From NCBI RefSeq assembly GCF_009914755.1, contig NC_060926.1: a DNA stretch of 64,000 nt, one strand, 5' to 3'. The position numbers and the translations under genes are program-made. The stretch comes from the human T2T-CHM13v2.0 reference genome, Homo sapiens. This document shows positions 12,841 to 24,304 of this stretch, piece by piece; the first letter of the stretch is position 1; each line of letters begins with the position of its first letter. Under the pieces are notes generated by a model, which searched no databases, was not told the DNA's origin, and saw only the letters and a list, made by a program, of their open reading frames with translations.

Positions 12841-15460
12841 TGAGCAGTGCTGGCTCCCAGCTTTCAGGGAGAGAAAATTATTCCTCCTCAAGCTGGCTGG
12901 GAGCTATTAAAGGTTTAAATGTCACCTCAAAAGAACTCTTTGCTAACCTTTAAGTGGTGGTGTCTCCAGGGCTGTTTGGGGCAGGCTTTGCCCCCTCCCA
13001 GGGAGTCTGGAGAGCTGAGAACATTTGTATATGCATTTCCTCCACCCCTCCTTTTCTTTTTCTCCTTTCAGGGAATTATCACTCTACCTTCAAAGGGGGA
13101 ATTTTGTGGGACAACTGGCACCTGCTGGACTGGGCTTCCCAATGAAGGCTCTCTTGGCTGAGTGTATAATTTCATTTACCTACTGTCGACAAATTCCCTT
13201 TAATCCTAACCACCACTTACGAGAATATTTACTATCAAAAGGAGACAAATCGCTATTTAAATGTGGATTTACTCAAGTCTGAAACTATGACAGTGACATA
13301 CAGTAAAATGATAATATGTAAATAACAGCTGGAGACAGATTTATCTTCTGAGAAAGCTGGGCAGAGCAGTGGATTAAAGTCATATGTGATCTACTTTGAG
13401 TGGACTCAATTCAGACACAGCGTTCAGTTATGACCAACAACGCCATTCATTCTGCTTACTTCAATTCATTTGGCCCTAGTTCTCAATGACCCTCTGTTAC
13501 CATGCATACACCTCCGATAAGTAGGCCTTGATGTTTACAGCACTTTGGAGAAGAATAAATGCAAACTGCACATTATTTATGGGTGTGCACTCTTAGCTTA
13601 AGAGGGATTTGTCAGCAGTGTGAATACAGGTAGAATAAGTAGATGTGTGTTAGGGCAGATAGCCTGGTTTCCAGAAACTAAGTAGAAAGAAAGGAGCTAA
13701 ATAAAATATCACCCCAAGACAACAGCTTTCAATTATTGCCCATGATCCTGAATTCCTCCCAATGAATTGAAAGGAAATCTATACCAGATGGCATTTTCCT
13801 GAATCAGCCAAGTTCACCAGTCATTCCCGCCTCTTAGTGATGGGCAGCAGTGCCAAGGAAGAGCCGGCCTTTCATTTTCTGCCTCTGCTCACCAGTCACA
13901 GAAAGCAACTTTGCTTTCTAGGGATGAGTTTCCTAATTGCACTGAAATGTAATTAGAACAGTTAGAAATGGAGGGCCTTTTTTTCTAAAAAAGCAGAAAT
14001 CAAGCAAATTGTGCCCTGTGTTCTTTGGCAGTGGTGGTCTAATGAGCCTAAGCCAGAACTGGGAAAATACTGAACACACATTATGTCACTTATTGACATG
14101 GTGATAATCTTCTCAATTGAGAGTAGCTCAAAACATGTAAAGTCACTCACAACTCTTAAATGTATGGAAGGTGGGGCATAAAAATCACTGTATTGTAATG
14201 CAGCATTAGAATACATTGTATTGAGCCCACTCATATATTACAAGGGAGAGCTGGCCTATGTTAATCGCAGTCTTCCTTAAATTATCTTGTCCCAAGACAC
14301 CAAGTCTGAGAATGAAGACAAATATATTCCATTGAAAAAGCCAGAATAGATCTGATACCTCTAACTTGAACAGTACAGTATCTGATATTGGAGTGTTTGT
14401 AGGTTTCTTTTAGAAAATTGTTCCCTGTATAATACCCATAGGGTTGGATCCAGTGTATTCTTCATTCACAACTAAATATGAGGAAGCTAAAAAAAAAACA
14501 GGGGTCCTACATATACTTCCTTCTGCCAAGGAAAATATATTCATGACAAAGAGACAAATATCCAGTTAATTTATTCAACTAATTACTTTTTTAATATATT
14601 TTCTCACCATATAGTATAATTTTATTAGTGGATAAATTATTTTATTGTGTTGTTTACTATCTTGGCAACTAAAGTTGATCCTATTTTAAGCATGTGACGA
14701 TCTGGAACACTTATTGGTGAATAAAGGGCAGAATTTTTTTTTTTTTTTTTGGCAAGGATTCATCGCTGATTTGGAGAAGAAGCAGGAAAGGATGGGGATG
14801 AGGAACAAGAGATCAGTAATAAAATGTGATTGACTATGAATGACAGATTTGTTTCCAAGCTATGAAACTCTTCCTCAACATGTTATGTAAAGGTCACTTT
14901 GGTTAGACCCAGTACCTTGGTGATTCAAATGTACAGCTGTTTGTTTAACAGAAAGTAGAACAAAACACCAACTCAATCTAGGAAGAAACTTGACTGACAG
15001 AACAGGCTAAATGTAAATGGTCCATGAAAGATTCTTCTGTTTAACTAAATATAGGTATCCAACAGTTGATGGTTGAGGTAGCCAGGGGCCTCCAGATGGT
15101 TGCAAAAAGATAATCTATCAATGTTAACTCAGGGCCTGAGTGTCTTGAAATAATGGGCTTTGGGTCTTGTTCTTGTATGGTAGCTTCTAGAAAACATAGA
15201 CATCTCACTTTATTACTTGAGGGTCCTTTTTTTAAAATGAATCGAGTGTAGCTTCGGTTGCACTGTGATAATTTAGTTCACTTCTGAACTTGACAATCTA
15301 TTCATCAAAAAACGAAGGAGAGAGTCTTAGAAGGATGCATAATTGCTGCTAATGTCCACTTAACCAACAACCATGCATGCTTTGATGACCTTCAAAATGG
15401 TTGACAGTTGAAGAAAATGGATCTTGCATTGAAATGTATTAAGAAAAAGTTTTAAAACCT

Positions 15461-15547
15461 ATGCCATCTGTGGGTTTGAACTGGATATATCAGTTTTTGT
15501 CCCATGCCATCTGTAGGTTTGAACTGGGTATAATATCAATTTTTGTC
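15461..15547 (+). repeat. Two-copy ~43-bp tandem duplication
   Basis: ATGCCATCTGTGGGTTTGAACTGGATATATCAGTTTTTGTC followed by ATGCCATCTGTAGGTTTGAACTGGGTATAATATCAATTTTTGTC. Confidence 0.9.
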
Positions 15548-16500
15548 AGAACAATTTTCATGCATCTTCTGGACTCCAAGTTCAGGGAACAAAATAGTAT
15601 TAATGACACCATGAAAGTGAAATGAGCATCTTGAAGTTCAAGCTTCTCCCCTAATAAAGTAGCAGAGGGGATCTCTTCCCTCAGTTGCTACTGAGAATCA
15701 ACAACAACTGATGGCCTGAAGTTAACAAGCTAATATTTCATCCATGGATACCAGAGTGTTAATGGCTAAATGTGCCAGTGGAGGAAAGGAGCACATATGC
15801 AGCTATTTGCCCGACACAACTTCTGCTGTCATGGCCTATTAAAACCAGTTTACATGTGCATGTCGAATTTGATGAATATGTATGTGACCCTTTTCAGAGC
15901 CATCACTCATTGGGCTATGGCCCCATGGCAGGAAAAACAGCACCTCTCATTAAACACAGCATGAGTTACAGGCATGTTATGTTAATATTTCTTCAGAACT
16001 TTAGGGGGTTTTCTTCTTCTTCTAATAAATTGTGTGAAGAAAATAATTTAAAAGTATAATTGATTTAAATTAAAACCTTTTTCTCATTTTCTTCTTAACT
16101 ATTTGATTTGGTGTGTGGGTTCTGGAAAGCTCTTTCCTCAGGAAGTTGTCGGACATGTTTATGAATTGTGCTTTGTATCACTCATTTGGGACTCCCGAGG
16201 TAGGCCCCCTCCTCAGTGCGAAGTTTAGCAAGGCTAAACAGGAGACCTTTCTGTATAGAACTTGAAAACTCAGGAAAGACAGGGCTCCTTTGGGCCATGA
16301 ATGAATCATCTGTTAACTCACAGTTCTTATCAGTGGGTCTGGCACACAGTAAGTTTTCAACAAATGATAGCTACCCTGATCACTTTTACTATTGTTATTT
16401 AAGCTAGAGTTAAAACAATCTTTGTGCTAGGGAAGATAAGAGGCTTTCTGAACATGCTTTCCAAAAAGTCTAGGGGAAAAAAAGCAGAATAGAGTCTTAC

Positions 16501-16559
16501 CTTAAGTAAGTACACATAAACTATTGATGCAGTAATTCCAAAGATTTATGCCGAAAACC
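16501..16559 (-). other. Candidate exon (59 nt) of a putative minus-strand transcript
   Basis: Minus-strand acceptor CTTGTTTGGCCTTTTAG|G and donor AAG|GTAAGA. Confidence 0.3.
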
Positions 16560-16761
16560 CTAAAAGGCCAAACAAGTCCGATTCCTCCCATATCCCTCCT
16601 ACTCCTACTTCTGTCAAAGTCTCACAATATCCTTTTCCACCCACGCTGCTCCTCTGGCCCTTCCCTGGTGTCTGCTCAATGGTTAAAAGCTGCTTGAGGG
16701 CAGGGGTGATTCTTGATACTCTTCTGTGGCATCCCAAATACCTAGCTCAGTGTCTGGTAAA

Positions 16762-17070
16762 CAGTGGGTGCTCCATATCTGTGGGTCCCTTCTCTGCAGA
16801 TTCAACCAACCTGGAATAGAAAATACTAAAAAATTATAATAATAAGTAATATAACAATAAAAATATACAAATTTGAAAGTACAGTATAACAACTATTTAC
16901 ATAGTATTTACTTTGTACTAGGTATTATAAGTAATCTAGAGATGCTTTAAATTATTAGAGGATGGGCACAGGTTGCATGCAGATAGTATGCCATTTTATA
17001 TAAGGGACTTGAACATCTGCAGGAGTTCTGGAACAAATCTGCCTCACCCCATTGATAAGAGGAACAACTG
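16762..17070. mobile_element. Tigger3/MER7-type TcMar MITE
   Basis: CAGT...CTCCATATCTGTGGGT...GATTCAACCAACC; AGTATAACAACTATTTACATAG; AAGTAATCTAGAGATG; CCATTTTATATAAGGGACTTGAACATC; ends ACAACTG. Confidence 0.85.
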
Positions 17071-17660
17071 TGTGAATTGTAATCACCTCCCAAAATTGAT
17101 CCCCTAATTGATGACCCCTTTATACCAAAACCTTGAAGACCATCTTCTCTATATACATGTGCTAATGTACTAGATGATTACTAACCTATGACTCTAAATG
17201 CCTGGACAGTTTAGCCACTGTCAAGAGACAGTACCTAGGGAAGAGAGGATTTTGGTGAGGAAAAGAACATCATTTCAAAAGGAGCTACCCTGCTGGAAGG
17301 CTGGGCTCCCTAGAGAGCTGCAATACAGGAACATTGAAATAAGAGCTTAGAACTGGGGTTCTAATCTTGACTCTGCTTTCGTCTGGCTGTGAGGCCAAGG
17401 AACATGTTTATTTTAGATGTCAGTTTCCTTGTTTGCGAATTATTGCCAAGGTCTTCAAGATCTGAACTGCTCTCCACAAAGAATTTCACTCCACTTTTAA
17501 AGAACTGATCTTGGTCTCATATCTTCCTATATACTGTGGTGTATCAGAGCATTAGAAAAGATAATTACATACTTAACCTTCCATCATAGGTCTTTTCTCC
17601 CTGTGGAGAGGAGATGGCACATTCCTGCAATTCTCAAACAAAGATTACAGAGATACTCAC

Positions 17661-17816
17661 GTTTCTTTTCCCCTTTCCAGCATCACCATCTGCGAGCCTA
17701 GAATCTGGAGCTGGGCTGCTTCCTGTGCTATCTGGTTGTCCATTTAAAATATCCAGGCAGTACTGAAGATCCCCTTTGAAATTCCTCATTGTGGTCACAG
17801 GTCTTCAGATTGACTC
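17661..17816 (-). other. Candidate exon (156 nt) of a putative minus-strand transcript, probably lncRNA
   Basis: Minus-strand acceptor TTTGGTTTTCTGCCTTCTAG|G and donor AAC|GTGAGT; non-repetitive body with higher GC than its flanks. Confidence 0.45.
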
Positions 17817-17879
17817 CTAGAAGGCAGAAAACCAAACCATGCGAGAAGTGGGAAAGTGCATTTGCTGAACTAATAGTAG

Positions 17880-18125
17880 CCAAAGTTCAATGCGTATTAA
17901 GTCACCATTGGCTATGTCTTGTTCTAAGTGCTTTACATTTTTGCTTCTTATTAACGCATTCAATCTATACAACTACATCATGAGATAAGTGCTATTATTA
18001 TGCTTACTTTAAACAGAGAGAACTGAGAGGCAAAGAGGATTAGAAATGTGTCCGAGGTCACACAGAGCTGGTAAGGGAAGAAGGCTGTATTCAAACTCTG
18101 GGCAGTCTGGCCCCAGAATCCTAGC
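17880..18125 (-). mobile_element. MIR SINE
   Basis: GTTCTAAGTGCTTTACAT...GAGAGAACTGAGAGGCAAAGAGGATTAG...CCGAGGTCACACAGAG...ATTCAAACTCTGGGCAGTCTGG. Confidence 0.8.
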
Positions 18126-19361
18126 TGGTTTTTTTGTTTGCCATTCTGCCACAGTCTGTATGAAATTTCTTCTCCCAGGTGTAGGCCTCCTCTGGATAAT
18201 ACATTTGGAAGCAGATAGAGTAACATCCTCTATAATAGAAAAATACAAACTCAAAAACAAATAACAAAACAGACCTAGTTTCTCACCAGAGAAATCTTTT
18301 TCTTGCTCCAGCTTTGCTGGAACCAGGTTTTATTAGTAAGGTGTGCACCAGAGAAGAGTGGCTTGAAATTTGGAGACTGCTCCATGTGTGAGGCCAGTCT
18401 CATTGGGACCAGCTCTCCAGTCTGAAGTAGGAAGCTGAAGATGCCAGTGGGAGTGCTTAGGTGGAACGCTCTCTCCCAGGATTCACGCCATTACTCTTCC
18501 CTCACTTGAGAGGCCCCCAGCTGGCTAAGCAGCAGCCTCAATCGCCAAAGCCATCTCCAACTCACTGTATAAATCTAGCACCAGAGCTGCCAACAGACAG
18601 TGCTGGATAAAGTCTGTTCTTCTCCCTGCCAACCAAATGGCCCCGCAGCATAAGGTTCCAAGTTTTCTCAGTCTCATAAAACTTGGCTGAATGAGGCAGT
18701 GGTGCCATGAAATTTGCATTTATCTTGTGCACCTGACACTTCCCATCATAATGATGGAGTGCTTCCCTCATGTCAGAGTGCTTTTGGCTCTTAGGGAGGA
18801 CAGGAAAGCAGAGTGGAGGTTGGTTGTGGGATAGGCTAATCAAAGCCAGGAAGAAGAGTAAATCCATAGGCATGAAGAATGAAAAACAAGGTGTGGAAGA
18901 AATGGAAGACTGGGGCGCACTGGGGGACTTAAGATAAAAGAGGTTTCCAGGGCCCCTTGTGCATTTGGGTCATCAGTCATCTGTGCTTTTCAGGGACAAC
19001 CTTGCTGGTGACCTCCAGGTCCTGATGTGCAGCATCCATGCAGCTGCCCCAGGGAAGCTGATCTCCTCTTTCATAGTACATCATTGTGTGCACATTTAGA
19101 GCTAGCCTGCAAGAAGATTGACCTACAGGGTCTATAGGTTGTTGTAATGAAATGGTTTTGTTGCATTGGTATTAAGGTTTTGAATGGGAGAGTGGGTGGG
19201 GGAGACTTTAGAGTTTCAGCTGAATGTGAGAACAAAAATAAAGAAAAAGGAAAAATAAAACTTGTACTCAAGTGAAAGTTCCCTTATCTGCCTCTTTGTT
19301 CATCTTGCTTAAAAGTTCTCAAATTTGTTTTAGTTAAAAAAAAAAAAGGGGGGGGAGAAAA

Positions 19362-19575
19362 AGGCTCAGTGGCTAAAGAGCTTGGACTATATAGCAGAGG
19401 TCTAGGTTCAAATCCCAGATCAACCATTTACTGGTGGCCAAAGTCTGAGTCTTTCTTTGCCTCTCTTTCCTCACTGATAAAATAAGGATATTAGAAGGAG
19501 TATTTTATAGAGTTGTTTTGAGGTTAAATGAGATAATGTGTGCTATGTACTTGGTGCAGGTGCCTTGTAGGTACC
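19362..19575 (+). mobile_element. MIR SINE
   Basis: CAGTGGCTAAAGAGC...GGTTCAAATCCCAG...GTTGTTTTGAGGTTAAATGAGATAATG. Confidence 0.8.
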
Positions 19576-20082
19576 ATAGGTGTGGGTTAATACTTGACCT
19601 CAGGATTTTGGAGGGATGATTCAGGGTTTTAGAAACCATAAATCTCAAGTCTCTCATTTATAACTCCACCATGAAAATTATTGCCTAATGTAGATCTATT
19701 TTTTAATGTCTTAGTAAGATTCATAATATCTGAATAATTGTTGAAGTTAGGGTTGGTAGAAGGCCACCCATTAAAACAATTATATATTTTCTCTATTGTG
19801 CTCTTGTCTATTAGTCAGATTTTTCCCTACTAGATCTGAATTTTCGAGAATAAATTTCCGCTACTGCCTCAACTCTTTGCCCCCTTCTCAGAGACAAAAT
19901 GTGAACTAGGCATTTATGATACTCTTTTTCACTAGAGGAACTGGCCTAGATTCGCCCAATATGACTACATGGATGGTGGGCTTGACATTTCCTGTGCGCT
20001 TGGAAATCTAGGGCCATGCAATATTCCTGTGGTCAATGAAAGTTTCTTCGCCATTCTTTGATGACCACCCAGCCTAATTCAA

Positions 20083-20114
20083 GGCTGAGTGTGGTGGCTC
20101 ATGCCTGTAATCCC
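20083..20114 (+). mobile_element. Isolated Alu 5' stub (~32 bp)
   Basis: GGCTGAGTGTGGTGGCTCATGCCTGTAATCCC followed by unrelated sequence. Confidence 0.75.
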
Positions 20115-20322
20115 TCCAGATTTTATTAGCAGCAGTAAAGAAAGGCGCCTTCTTTTGGTAAGAAAGCCAAAATTAAGAAATGGAAAACTGACTTTGAAAG
20201 TGAATTGTTAACTTGAATCATTCATTCATTTATTCACTTTTTATCAAATATCTATTGTGTGCCAATTTATATTAAACGTGATTCTGTTTAATTTTTAAAT
20301 TGCTTATATCTTCCAGAAAAAA

Positions 20323-20555
20323 ATGTGTGTGTGTATATATAATACATAAAGTTATATATATATATATAAAGTAAGATACATATGTATGTGTGTATATATA
20401 TGACATTTAAGTTTATATGTATGTGTATATATACATGAACACACTCATATACACACACATATGTATATGTATATATGTATATATATGTATATGTATATAT
20501 GTATGTATATGTATATATGTGTGTGTATGTATATATATACATATACATATACATG
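20323..20555. repeat. (TA)n/(TG)n/(TATG)n low-complexity tract
   Basis: Directly visible alternating purine-pyrimidine repeats. Confidence 0.95.
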
Positions 20556-21399
20556 TAAAGTTAAATGTTACAGTTTCTGAGCTGGTTCAGTGAACACAAA
20601 TAAATAAGCATACAAATGAATAAAAACTCTCTTTGTTAAATATCCAGTGAATTTCTAAGTTCCAAATTTTTTGAATGAAATAGGCCAAAAATGGCAAGCA
20701 AATCTTTTCTGAAATATACATGCTAACAATTACTTTGTCGATTTCCTCATTGTTTAGGAGAGTCTTCTCTTATCTTCAAGAAGAATAAAAAGTGAAGCTG
20801 ACATTACTTGGAAAGAGAATAAACAAAATCTGTCATGAGGACTGCAGGGATGAATGACACAAACCAGCCATTTCTTTGAGAGTCAGGAAATATCTAGTTT
20901 ATACAATAAGCTGATCTACCAATAAAATACAATTGGTGTTGAAATATATGGCTGAGGAAAGTCCTCATGTTTCAAGGTTCAAAGTTATTCCAAAGAAGTC
21001 CTCGCTCTACAAATGTAACATTGAGATGACGTATTATATGCTTATCAGAATAAACTAAAGGAACATCAATTCAAAGATATTTTCACTCCAGAAATATATG
21101 TATAGGTTTTGTATGTGTTTGAGTATATATGTATGTATGTATATTTTGTACATATATATTCATATGTACATAAATATATACATTAATGTTACATTTAGAT
21201 AATATATAATACTAAGATAGTATAAAACATTATTACTTCAATGTCATTCATTTATAGTTTTTAAGGCTTTCTTAATTCAAATCTAGAGCATAAATTATAA
21301 TAACAGGTGGAATTTATACTAGTATTAGGAAATCATAATTTAGAATATGCCTTTGTGGGCAAAGTGAGAAGAGTTAGTAATTATTTATGAATCCTTTCC

Positions 21400-22232
21400 T
21401 GAGAATAAACACTTATTGCTGCTCTCATGAATTAGACTGATTTCAAACAAAAACCTGTTAGAAGATGTAATGAAAGAAAATGTCCCATTTATAAGAGTAA
21501 TGAATAAGATAAAATACCAAGGAATAAACAGAACAATAAATGATTCACTCCCACATAAAGAAACATTTTAAATATTACTAACAGCCTCATAAAAGACTTA
21601 AACAAACAAAAAGGCATGGCATGTTCTTGGATAGAAAGATTCCAGGCCATAAAGATGTAAAATTTCTTTAAGTTAATTTCTAAATTTAATGTGATCCCAA
21701 TCAAACTGACATTTTATAAGTTTATAAGAAAAAAGAATAAACAAAAATAACAATGAAAACTGTGAGAACAAAGAAGCGTGAGGACAGATTAGCCCTTCCA
21801 GATGTTAAAACATATTATAAAGACTCAAATATCAAAATAGTGTGGTGCTGGGGTATAAACAGAAAAATAAACGAGCTAAATGGAAAGTCCAATAAACAGT
21901 GCAAACATGTACGGAATTTAATAAATGGTTAAAGTGACATCTTTAATCAATGAGGAAAAGGAGATCGATACAATAGATGATGTTAGAGCAATTGGAAAGC
22001 CAAATGAAAAAAATAATTTTGACATATACTTCACATTTTACACCAAGATAAATTCGAAATTGAAGATTTAAATAATAATAAAGCCATAAAAGTTCAAAAT
22101 AGAAACATGAAGAAATTCCTTCACAATCTTAAAGTAGAGGAGGAATTTGTAACTATAACTCAAAATCTATAAGTATAAAAGATACTGATAGTTTTGATTA
22201 TATAATATACTAAGAAATTGATTTATGGCAAA
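21400..22232 (+). mobile_element. Old L1 (L1ME-like), ORF2-derived, left part of the outer element
   Basis: Decayed ORF2 motifs (AAATACCAAGGAATAAAC, CAAAATAGTGTGGTGCTGG, CACATTTTACACCAAGATAAATTC); continues at about 25722. Confidence 0.65.
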
Positions 22233-22910
22233 ACAATAAAATACCTAGAAATGAAAGACTTGTATGCTAAAAACTACAAAACATTGATGAAAGAAGTTAA
22301 AACCCAAAGATGGAAAGATAACCTGTGTTCAAGAATGAAACACAGTATTATTAAGATGGCAATATTCTTCAAAGCCATCTACAGATTCAATGGAATCTCT
22401 ATCAAAATTCCAATAGCCTGTTATTTGAAGAAATGAAAAACATCAGTCCTCAAATTTGTTTGAAATTACAAGAGACCCTAAATAACCAAAAAAGTACTGA
22501 AAAAGAACAATGTTGGAGGACAGATATGTTATCAATTTCAAAACTTTCTATAAACTACAGTAATCAAAACAGTGTGGTACTGGCAAAAGGATAAACATGT
22601 ATCCTTTTATTGGTTTATTCATGGTTTATTTTATTGCTTTAAATTAAATCAATTTATTGGTTTATTCATGGAAAAACCAGTTTATTGGTTTATTCATGGA
22701 AAAACCAGCTTATTGGTTTTATTCATGGAAAAACCAGCTTATTGGTTTTATTCATGGAAAAACCAGCTTATTGGTTTTATTCATGGAAAAACCAGCTTAT
22801 TGGTTTTATTCATGGAAAAACCAGCTTATTGGTTTATTCATGGAAAAACCAATTGGATATCATTGAGAGTCCAGAAAAAAAATCCATAAATCTATGGCCA
22901 ATTTATTTTT
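22233..22910 (+). mobile_element. L1MB-like element, left part
   Basis: AAAGACTTGTATGCTAAAAACTACAAAACATTGATGAAAG; CAGTAATCAAAACAGTGTGGTACTGGC; resumes at 24305. Confidence 0.8.
22653..22851. repeat. Minisatellite, 7 copies of a 28-29-bp unit
   Basis: Unit (T/C)TTATTGGTTT(T)ATTCATGGAAAAACCAG in head-to-tail array with no spacers; partial unit at about 22605-22625. Confidence 0.97.
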
Positions 22911-24295
22911 TAAATTGATATATAATAATTATATTTATGGGGTACATAGTGATGTTTTGATATGATGTATAGTGATCAAATCAGGGTAATTAGCATATCC
23001 ATCATCTCAAACATTTATCATTTCCTTGTCTTGGGAACATTCAGGATCCTACTTCTAGCTCCTTAAACTGTTTATTATATTATGGTTAACTTTAGTCATC
23101 CTACCACTGTAGTATAACTAAAACATTTCTTCTACCTACCTGTAATTTTGTATCCTTTAACAAACGTCTCCCTAACTTTCATTTATCCTTGCCCTTCTCA
23201 GCCTCTAGTATTGTCTATTTTTAGCTCTATGAGATAGACTTCTTTTTAGTTTCCGCATGAGTGAGAATATGCAGTTTTTAACTTTCTGTTCTTCGCTTAT
23301 ATCACTTAACATAATGTTCTCTAGTTCCATCCATGTTGCTATGAATGACAGAATTTCATTTTTTAATGGCTGAATAATATTTCATTGTATAAATATACAC
23401 CGTTTTTTTTTTTTTTACCCATTTATCTGTTGTTGGACACATAGGTTGATTTCATATCTTGACTATTGTGAATAGTGCTGCAATAAACATGTGGGTGCAG
23501 ATGTTACTTTGATATATTGATTTCCTTTCCTTTGTATAAATTCCCAGGAGTGGAATTCCTGGATCCTATGGTAGTGTATTTTGGGGAACCTCCCAAAATA
23601 CAACCTCTTCGTAGTGGCTATACCAGTTTACATTCCCACCAACAATGCATACGAGTTCCCTTTTCTTTACATCTTTTTCAGCATTTGTTATTTTTTGTCT
23701 TTTTGATAATAGATATCCTAATTGGGATTAGATGATACCACATTGTGGTATTGATTTGCATTTCCCTGATGTTTAGTGATGTTGAGCATGTTTTCATATA
23801 TTTGTTGGCCATTCATGTGTCTTCTTCTGTTAAATGTCTGTTGAGATAATTTACCAATTTTTTTTCATTCTGTTGATTGTTTCCTTTGTTGTGCAGAAGC
23901 TTTTTAGTTTGATATAATTCCATTTGTTTATTTTTACTTTTATTGCTTATGCTTTTAGGTCTTATTCATAAAATCTTTTCTCAGACCAGTGTCCTGATGT
24001 GCTTTCCGTATATTTTCTTCTAATAGTTTCATAGTTTCAGGTTCTACATTTAGGTCTTTAATCCATTGTGAATTGATTTTCTGTATAGGGTGAGAGGGAG
24101 GGATCTAGTTTCCTTCATCTGCATATGGATATTCAGTTTTCTCAGCACCATTTATTGAGGAGCCTCTCTTTTCCCTGGTGTTCTTGGTGTCTTTGTCAAA
24201 AATCAGTTGGCTGTGGATACACAGATTAATTTCTGGGTTTCCTATTCTGTTCCATTGGTCTATGTGTCTGTTTTTATGGCAGTACCATTGAGTTC
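22911..24295 (-). mobile_element. 5'-truncated L1MA (L1MA2-4-like) inserted antisense in the older L1
   Basis: Antisense L1MA 3' UTR (ATTTATGGGGTACATAGTGATG...GATCAAATCAGGGTAATTAGCATATCC); TSD CAATT(T/A)ATTTTT at 22899-22910 and 24305-24316. Confidence 0.9.
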
Positions 24296-24304
24296 CCTCC
24301 ACTT

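Noticed and set aside
17651-17680. Strong plus-strand acceptor (TACTCAC...TTTCTTTTCCCCTTTCCAG)
   Set aside because: No convincing plus-strand donor follows. The same bases are better explained as the minus-strand donor and purine-rich exon end, though this is not excluded.
20288-20554. Y/I/T-rich 88-aa ORF, and F/L/P/S-rich ORFs at 54823-55083
   Set aside because: Translations of simple repeats.
22653-22851. CRISPR-like array of palindromic 28-29-bp repeats, and the repetitive ORFs over it (22572-22918)
   Set aside because: Units are contiguous with no spacers, no cas genes are present, and the context is a primate L1. It is a minisatellite and the ORFs are by-products.
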